A DNA stretch of 64,000 bases from an uncultured Gemmatimonadales bacterium (GTDB lineage Bacteria > Gemmatimonadota > Gemmatimonadetes > Longimicrobiales > RSA9). Below are positions 19,055 to 26,069 of this stretch, piece by piece; position 1 is the first letter of the stretch, and every line of letters begins with the position of its first letter. A program made the position numbers and the translations under genes. The DNA lies in the NCBI GenBank assembly GCA_963708135.1, contig OY970192.1:1824001-1888000 (forward strand), written 5' to 3'. The notes beneath the pieces are model-generated. The model did not search any database and had not been told where the DNA came from. It saw only the letters and a program-made list of their open reading frames with translations.

Positions 19055-19447
19055 GTGTCACTCGTCGCGGGGCATCTGGAGGCGCACGTCCCGCCAGGCA
19101 CGCGGCTCACCCTGGCCGGCGACAGCTACGGCGCGCGCGCGGCCTCCATCGCGCCCGATCATTTTGCACTGCAGGCCGCCGACGCGGCGCTCCACGCCGT
19201 CTACGGCGTGCACCCGCTCGTAGTGCGCTCGGGCGGCACGGTGCCCATCGCCGAGCTCTTTCAGCGGCATCTCGGGTTGGACACCGTGTTCTTTTCCTTC
19301 AGCACGGCCGACGAGGACTTCCACGCTCCCAACGAGTTCTTCCGCGTGCACCGGCTGCACGAAGGGCTCGAGGCGTGGGCGCGCTACTGGGAGATTCTAG
19401 GCGAGCGGGGATCCAGCTCGCCAGGAGCGCCACCCCGGGGCGGCTGA
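19055..19447 (+). pseudogene. C-terminal fragment of an M20 dipeptidase
   Basis: RSGGTVPI, DEDFHAPNEFF; abrupt GC jump at the 5' junction. Confidence 0.85.
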
Positions 19448-19467
19448 AGGTTGAAGGAGCACGGCGG

Positions 19468-20460
19468 CTATCGGCTGACGAACTTCAGGAGCTGGCGCCC
19501 TCCGGTGTCGGCCAGGTAGACGACGCTGTCGCCCTGCACCGCGAGTGCGTGCGCCGTCACGACGTTGGCGGCCGTGGCCGGAATGTGGTCCACCTCGCGG
19601 AGATCGCGGTCGAGCATCACCACGAGGTCCGCCCCACCTTTCACCGCGAGGTACAGGCGCCCGCTCTCGCTCACGGCCACGTCGAAGACGCGCCCGGCGC
19701 TCCGGCCCGGCCGCCCCTCGCGCGGCCACTCCCCCAGATACGTGCCCGTGGTGTCGAACACCTGCAGACGCGCGTTCTCCCGGTCGGCCACGTAGACGCG
19801 GTCGAGTCCGCCCACCGCGATGCCGTGGGGGACGTGGAACTCACCTGGGTCTGCCCCCTCGTGGCCCCACTCGCGCACGAAGGCGCCCGTCCGGTCGAAG
19901 CGTGCCACTCGCGCGTTGATGTAACCGTCGCTCACGTAGAACGAGCCGTCGGCGCAGACGAACACGTCCGTCGGCTGATCGAAGTGCGTCGCGTCCCACC
20001 CCGGCGCGCGCCGGTGGCCGATCGTGCGAACGGGTGCGCCGTCGTGCGAGAACTCGAGCACCTGCTGCCGGCCGACGTCGGTCAGCCAGACGTTGTCGTC
20101 GGCGTCAACCGTCAGCGAATGCGGCACGAGGAACATCCCGGCGCCCCAGGAGTGCAGCAGCGCTCCGGTGACCGCGTCGAGCTCGAGCACCGTCGGCGCG
20201 GTGATTGGCTGCGTGGCCGTCGGCTCGAAGCTTCGCCCCGCCCGGTGGAACAGCAGCACATGACCGTGCGAGTCCAGCGCCACGCCCGAGACTTCACCGA
20301 GGCGCAGGCCGGGGGCAAGGCGTGGCCAACCCTCCACGCGCTTCCAGCGGGAAGTCGGTGCGCCCGACGCTGCGTGGCCCGGCTGCGGCGGTCGCGTAGG
20401 GCCATGCGGCCCGAGGGCCAGACATCCGGCGAGCAGAAGAGCTTTGCGGCTGCCAGGCAT
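19468..20460 (-). CDS. NHL-repeat peptidyl-alpha-hydroxyglycine alpha-amidating lyase-like protein
   Basis: Signal peptide; FLVPHSLTVD, FDQPTDV, VSDGYINARV, VADRENARLQVF. Confidence 0.9.
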   Translation of the reverse strand: MPGSRKALLLAGCLALGPHGPTRPPQPGHAASGAPTSRWKRVEGWPRLAPGLRLGEVSGVALDSHGHVLLFHRAGRSFEPTATQPITAPTVLELDAVTGALLHSWGAGMFLVPHSLTVDADDNVWLTDVGRQQVLEFSHDGAPVRTIGHRRAPGWDATHFDQPTDVFVCADGSFYVSDGYINARVARFDRTGAFVREWGHEGADPGEFHVPHGIAVGGLDRVYVADRENARLQVFDTTGTYLGEWPREGRPGRSAGRVFDVAVSESGRLYLAVKGGADLVVMLDRDLREVDHIPATAANVVTAHALAVQGDSVVYLADTGGRQLLKFVSR

Positions 20461-20563
20461 CGGTCAGAGTCTCCCTTGCAGTACGTCAACGACGGCGGGC
20501 GGCGCGCATTCGCGCTCGACCACGCAGGGATGGGCGTGATCCGCGTCCAGCTCTTCGGTCACG

Positions 20564-20745
20564 CTAGCGACTTCCCATTTCGAGTTTGCGGCGCAGCTCC
20601 TCACGCCAGTTGAGCGCGACCACGATGTCGCGGTCGCGCTGGGCCGCGTCGCGCACGACGACGAAGCCCTTGCCGTCCGGGCGCACATCGAACCCGCCCA
20701 GCAGGCAGCTGAGGTTCGCGAACCGGTCCGTGCCGGCAGCATTGT
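20564..20745 (-). pseudogene. Probable C-terminal tail of a TolB-repeat (Ser/Thr kinase-type) protein
   Basis: FDVRPDGKGFVVVR...IVVALNWREELRRK* pattern; no 5' part. Confidence 0.55.
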
Positions 20746-20975
20746 CAATATGGGCCGAACGACCTCGGTCGGAACAGGGCGTTCCTCCTTGCTTCGCTCG
20801 CCCCAGGCCGCGTCGCGTCAAATGCTGTGACCGGTACGGCGAGATCGTCACCGGGATCCTGACGGCCGCGCACGGTACCGCATGAGGAGGCAAGGATCAT
20901 TCGACCGGGAATCCGATGGCGGCGGTTCGGCTCGATCGCCAGGGCGCGCGCGCGGCTGCCCGCCGCAGCGCGATC

Positions 20976-21013
20976 TTGCACTGCGGTAATCACCATGGTA
21001 ATATGACCATGGA
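20976..21013 (+). promoter_or_regulatory. Toxin-antitoxin promoter with two ACCATGG operator-like repeats
   Basis: TTGCAC-N17-TAATAT; CCATGG palindromes flank the -10 box. Confidence 0.65.
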
Positions 21014-21033
21014 CACCATTCGAGAGCTTTATT

Positions 21034-21345
21034 ATGGCGAAGAAGAAGATCTCGGAAGCAGCCGTGGCGCCCTTCGCGCCAACCGGGGCGCCGCACACCG
21101 TGCAGGCCAGCACGTTCAAGGCGACGTGTCTCGAATTGATGGACGAAATCGAAGCGAGCGGATTCGAGGTCGTCGTCACCAAGCACGGCCGCCCCGTGGT
21201 GAAGGTGGGACCGGTGGAGCCGAGCGTCCCTTCTCCGTTGGGGTTTCTGCGCGGGACCGTCGTGGATGAGGGAGACTTGGTGAGCCCCGACCACGACGCA
21301 TGGAGCGAGGCGGTGGCGGACCCGCTCCACACGGATCGGAAGTAG
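21034..21345 (+). CDS. Phd/YefM-family antitoxin
   Basis: ASTFKATCLELMDEI...VVVTKHGRPVVKV. Confidence 0.9.
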   Translation: MAKKKISEAAVAPFAPTGAPHTVQASTFKATCLELMDEIEASGFEVVVTKHGRPVVKVGPVEPSVPSPLGFLRGTVVDEGDLVSPDHDAWSEAVADPLHTDRK

Positions 21346-21776
21346 TGGCGACCGTGCGCGCGGTGCGCGAGCGGCCCCAGCGCCGGCCGCGGCGCGCGCG
21401 CGCACCAAAGCGCGTGGCGGGTTCGGTGCTCTGGCGCGCGGTGGAGGAACCGGAGCGCGAAGACGCCCTGCTCCTGGACACGCACGTGTGGCTGTGGACG
21501 CTCGCCGGCACCACGGAGCGACTGGCCGCGCAGGCGGTCGCGCTCGTGCAGTCAGCCGCGGCCGCCGGCCGCCTCTACGTGAGCGACATTTCCTTCTGGG
21601 AGGTGTCGCTCAAGGCATCGAAACGGAAGCTGACGCTGGTGATCGATCCCACCCTCTGGCTCGAGCGCGCCGCGCGGGCACCGGGCATTCGCGCGCTGCC
21701 GCTCGCGCGCGAGGTGCTGATCCAGAGCACGCGCCTTCCGGGCGCTATGCACGGCGATCCCGCCGACCGCATGCTC
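21345..21776 (+). pseudogene. PIN/VapC toxin, C-terminally truncated
   Basis: LLLDTHVWLW, SFWEV, HGDPADRML, then unrelated sequence. Confidence 0.85.
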
Positions 21777-21861
21777 TGCAGTGGACATTGCGCGCGGAGG
21801 ATAAGGTAGGCGCCACCTACAGGCTCACGGACACGAATCCCGTCCGCAGACATTAGCGAAA

Positions 21862-21893
21862 GCCCCCCGACCAACGGTCGGGGGGTTTTTTTT
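21862..21893. terminator. Intrinsic terminator hairpin, likely bidirectional
   Basis: CCCCCCGACC-AAC-GGTCGGGGGG followed by T8. Confidence 0.85.
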
Positions 21894-21905
21894 AAAAAAT
21901 ATTTT

Positions 21906-22811
21906 CAGTACTGTCCGGTTAAGCTGAGATGATGATGCCGTAACGGATTGCTACGTGGTGCGTTACGACGTTTTGGTTGCCGCACCGATTTGAACTTCGC
22001 TGCTGCGCCGCTATCCTGCCCGGACCCCCCGGCCGGAGTGGCGCATGAATCCCGGAAGCACGGTTTTCTCACAGGTGATGGCCCACGCATCTCGCTTCGC
22101 GCTCGATCGGTGCATCCGCCGCTACCACGGCAACCGGAGGGTCCGACGTTTCTCGTGTCGGGACCAGTTCCTCGCCATGGCCTTTGCCCAGCTCACCTAC
22201 CGGGAGAGCCTGCGGGACCTCGAGGCCACCCTCGGGGCGGCCCCCGAGAAGCTGTACCATCTTGGCTTCCGTTCGCCGCTCTCTCGCAGCACGCTCGCCG
22301 ATGCGAACGAGAATCGCGACTGGCGCATCTACGCCGATTTCGCTCAACGCCTGATCGCAGACGCGCGTCGGCTCTACGCCGACGACACGTTGGGGATCGA
22401 GCTCACGAACACCGTCTACGCGCTGGATTCCACCACGATCGACCTGTGTTTGGACCAACGACGTCGCGCTGCCCGCCGTTACCGTGGCCGAGCTCTACCG
22501 CCTGCGGTGGCAGATCGAGCTCTTCTTCAAATGGATCAAGCAGCACCTCAGGATCAAGCGCTTCTTCGGCACGAGCGCGAACGCTTTGCGCACGCAGATC
22601 TGGATCGCGATCAGCGTTTACGTCCTCGTCGCGATCGTCCGCAAGCGGCTCCGGATCGAGCGCGAACTCTACACAATTCTACAGATCCTGAGCGTCTATG
22701 CGTTCGAGAAAGCCCCTCTCGCACAAGTACTTACGCGTTCGGCCTACACCCCCGAAGTCCCCTCCGATCGTAACCAGTTGTCGCGCTTCAACTTATAACC
22801 GGACACTACTG
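21906..22811 (+). mobile_element. Internally deleted IS4-family element (906 bp)
   Basis: IRs CAGTACTGTCCGGTTA / TAACCGGACACTACTG; 9-bp target duplication AAATATTTT; transposase N-part (22045 to about 22452) joined out of frame to the C-part YRLRWQIELFFKWIKQ. Confidence 0.93.
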
Positions 22812-22826
22812 AAATATTTTCTAAAT

Positions 22827-23507
22827 TTACTTTTCTTCCTCGCCTTTTTCTTTCTTTTCTTTCTTCTCTTCCTTTTCTTCGCCTTCCTCGCCTTCGGCTT
22901 CCTCTTTGCCTTCCTTCTTCACGCCCTCAACGGCTTCTTCGAGATCTACCTCGGTCGGCTGGGCCAATTCTGCTTCGAGCTCTTCTTCGGACTTCGGCGG
23001 CTGGACGGCGGCGACGGTCATCTCCGGATCATCCACCAGAATCTCCACCTTACTGTGGTCCACCGGCAAATCCTTGACGCGGATGGCGTCCTCGAAATTT
23101 TTCAAAGCCGAAATATCCACGACAATCTCCGAAGGCAGGTCGCCCGGCAAGCTCTCGACTTCGACTTCATAAAGAGTCGGCACGAAAGTGCCCTGCAGTT
23201 CTTTGACCGCCGGAGATTCGCCGACGAATTCGATCGGCACGGTGGCCGTCAGTTTTTCCGCCATATTCACCTGGTAAAAATCCACGTGCGTAATCTGGCC
23301 TCGGGTGATGTGCTTCTGAATGTCTTGGATCAAGACCTTGACCGGCTCGGTCTCCCCCACTTGCAGGCCGACGATAGTGCTCTCGCCGGCGTCACGATAG
23401 ATTTTTTCAAAATCACCCGCCGGCACGGACAAGGAACGCGCCTCGATCCCGTGCCCGTACAGAACCCCGGGGATATAGCCGGCGTGGCGAAGTCCTTTCG
23501 CTTTTTC
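22827..23507 (-). pseudogene. rplY: 5'-truncated ribosomal protein L25/TL5 (Ctc) of foreign origin
   Basis: LRHAGYIPGVLYG, HVDFYQV, VPIEFVGESPAVK, LPSEIVVDISAL, acidic/Lys tail; lower GC than host genes. Confidence 0.9.
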
Positions 23508-23598
23508 TGGGCGCGCGCCGGCGGACCTGGCAGCGCCTCGGCGGACCCTCGCGCGTGCAGCACCGCCGAGCGGCCCTTGGTGGCGCCGGGCGGCCTCC

Positions 23599-23760
23599 TC
23601 AGTCCTGCGGCGCCATCGGCAGCTCGCGCACGTGCCGGCCCGTGAGCGCGAACCAGGCGTTGGTGAGCGCCGGGGCGGCGGGTGGGAGGCCCGGCTCGCC
23701 GACCCCCCCCGGGTCCTCGCGGCTGTCCACGATGTGCACGTCGATCTCGGGCGCCTCCAG
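23599..23760 (-). pseudogene. Second copy of the molybdopterin oxidoreductase C-terminal fragment
   Basis: Matches 11942-12103. Confidence 0.9.
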
Positions 23761-23785
23761 TGGAGCCGGCGGGAGTCGAACCCGC
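23761..23785 (-). repeat. 25-bp copy of the tmRNA 3' end
   Basis: Identical to 30515-30539. Confidence 0.97.
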
Positions 23786-23945
23786 ACCAGATCCCCCACC
23801 CCCGGATCGCGATTCGCCAGTAACCGCAACAACTATGAGCGGTTTCGACCGTCGGGGTGTGGGCCGCCAGGTCCGGCGCTGACGGCCGGCGCGTTGTCCC
23901 GCTCCGCCATGGTGGTGCCCCGGGTCTCGTCGAACCCTTCGGGGC

Positions 23946-25526
23946 ATGCCCACCGTCGCACGCCCCCGATCCGTTTGGGTCCCGCCGCAGGCACAGGCGC
24001 ACCGCCCAGGGCACTCCGCAACGCCACCCGCCCAGGCCGCCGTTTACCGCCGACGACGGCCCACGGCCACGCCCCTCTACCCCATCGTCCAGCACCACAT
24101 CGAGGGCTTCCTGGCCCGGGCCGCCGAAGCCGATCCCTGGGGCGAGGGCGTGGCCGGCTGGGTCGAGGCCGACTTCCGGGCCTACCTCCGCTGCGGCATC
24201 CTGGCCCACGGCTTCGCCCGCGTCCGCTGTGACGACTGCGCCGCCGAGCGCCTCGTCGCCTTCTCCTGCAAGGGCCGCGGCGTCTGCCCCTCCTGCAACG
24301 CCCGCCGGATGGTCGAGGTCGCCGCGCACCTGAACGACGCCGTCCTGCCGCCGCTCCCGATCCGCCAATGGGTCCTCTCCGTCCCGAAGCGGATCCGCCC
24401 CTTCTTCCACCACGATCCCGCCCTTGCCGGCGCCGTGCTCCGGATCCTGCTCCGGGCCGTCCGCACCCGCCTGCGTCACGGCAGTCCCGGTGCCGGCCCG
24501 GACGCGCAGATCGGCGCCGTCTCCTTCCTCCACCGCTTCGGCTCCGCCCTCAATCCCCACTTCCACTTCCACGTCGTGGTTCTCGATGGCGTCTTCACCG
24601 GGACCGTGGACGGCGAGGTCCGCTTCGATGAGGCGACCCACTTTTCCGCCGACGACGCCTCCGCCCTCACGCCCGTCCTCCAGCGCCGCATCCTGCGCCT
24701 CTTCCAACGCCGCGGCCTCCTCGAGGAGCACACGGTGAACGACATGCTCACCTGGCAGGGCACCGGCGGCTTCAGCCTCGACGCCTCCGTCCGCATCCAC
24801 GGCGCCGACCGGGCCGGCCGCGAGCGGCTCCTCCGCTACTGCGCCCGGCCGCCGTTTGCCCTCGATCGCCTGCGGATCGAGCGTCAGTCCGGAGGGCGGG
24901 CCGACGACGACGCGGGGGTCCGCCGCGTGTTCTACCGACCCTCCCGGCCCACCTCCGACGGACGCGCCCTCCTCGCCCTCTCACCCCTCGAGTTTCTGGA
25001 AGCACTTTCCCGACTGATCCCGCCGCCCCGGGTTCACCGCCACCGCTACCACGGCGTTCTCGCCCCCAACGCACGGCTCCGGCCCCACGTCGTCGCCCTC
25101 CAACGCGACGCAGAGGCCCACGCGGACGAAGCCCACGGCGAGGGGCCCGGGGTCCACACCTACAACGAGCCCGCTACCACCCTCACCGGCGCCGCCGCCC
25201 GCTCCCGCTGGGCCCAGCTCCTCGCCCGCATCTACGAGGTCTTCCCCCTCCGCTGCCCCGAGTGCGGCTCGCAGATGCGCATCATCGCTTTCCTCACCGA
25301 CCCCGCGCCCGTGGGCGCCATCCTCCGACATCTCGACCTGCCCCACACCACACCGCCGCTCTCCCCCGCACGCGCTCCACCCCAAGCCGCACTCGCGCTC
25401 GACGCCGAGCCCCTCGCACCCGCCGATGCCCTGCCCCGCGACGACTTCGACCAGACGCCCGCGTTCGATCCGGCTGACCCCGAGCCCCTACCCGAGCTCG
25501 ACCTCGACCAGACCCGCGGCGCCTGA
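23946..25526 (+). CDS. IS91/ISCR-family rolling-circle transposase
   Basis: 526 aa with intact motifs. Confidence 0.95.
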   Translation: MPTVARPRSVWVPPQAQAHRPGHSATPPAQAAVYRRRRPTATPLYPIVQHHIEGFLARAAEADPWGEGVAGWVEADFRAYLRCGILAHGFARVRCDDCAAERLVAFSCKGRGVCPSCNARRMVEVAAHLNDAVLPPLPIRQWVLSVPKRIRPFFHHDPALAGAVLRILLRAVRTRLRHGSPGAGPDAQIGAVSFLHRFGSALNPHFHFHVVVLDGVFTGTVDGEVRFDEATHFSADDASALTPVLQRRILRLFQRRGLLEEHTVNDMLTWQGTGGFSLDASVRIHGADRAGRERLLRYCARPPFALDRLRIERQSGGRADDDAGVRRVFYRPSRPTSDGRALLALSPLEFLEALSRLIPPPRVHRHRYHGVLAPNARLRPHVVALQRDAEAHADEAHGEGPGVHTYNEPATTLTGAAARSRWAQLLARIYEVFPLRCPECGSQMRIIAFLTDPAPVGAILRHLDLPHTTPPLSPARAPPQAALALDAEPLAPADALPRDDFDQTPAFDPADPEPLPELDLDQTRGA

Positions 25527-26069
25527 ACGGCCAGGTGCGCCCGGCAACCGCTACAGGCGCCAGGTCACACCCACATCCGATGCCGAATCGACCGGAACCT
25601 CCACCCAATCCCGCTCGCCCGCCCATCACCCCCACCCTTGACCCGGCGAAACCACCCCGCCTATCCTACCGAAAGCAGCCGAAACGGCGTTTGGATTTCC
25701 TATCCCTCCGGCTTCCTCCACATCGGGGCGTGGCAATCATCCGTTCACGCGAAGCCGCAAAGCGCCGAAGGCAGTACACCGGTGTGTTGGGAACCTGCGT
25801 ACCGACGGCCCGTCCTGTGGCATGGATCCCAGCCATACCCGCCGAGTTCGGTTTTCTAGGTTGCGGGATTCGCGCCTTCGGCCCGTGCTGCCTTCGCGTG
25901 AACCGAGTGGAAGGACGCCCCCGAAGCCCGCGGTTGGCCGAGGGATGTCGCTCCGCCTCCTCCGCCACTCCGCGCGAACCGCGGATGTGTGAAGCGGGAC
26001 GAAGCGGGAACATGGATGCGTGCGCCGCACGGTTGCATCCTTGGCGGGACCCACTTCCGGAGAATCTTC

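Larger units (their letters stand above)
23761..25707 (+). mobile_element. ISCR-like copy 4 (with passenger 23508-23760)
   Basis: Same ends as copy 3, several SNPs. Confidence 0.92.

Noticed and set aside
20746..20960. Additional gene fragment between the kinase-like tail and the TA promoter
   Set aside because: No frame gave a recognisable protein, so it is left unassigned.
22827..24800. 657-aa ORF as a real L25 fusion protein
   Set aside because: Its N-terminal part is the antisense shadow of the transposase and passenger; only 22827-23507 is L25.
25755..25820. Glycine riboswitch (CGCCGAAGG motif)
   Set aside because: The flanking GGAGA and CTCAGG elements are missing; the motif is explained by the local inverted repeat.
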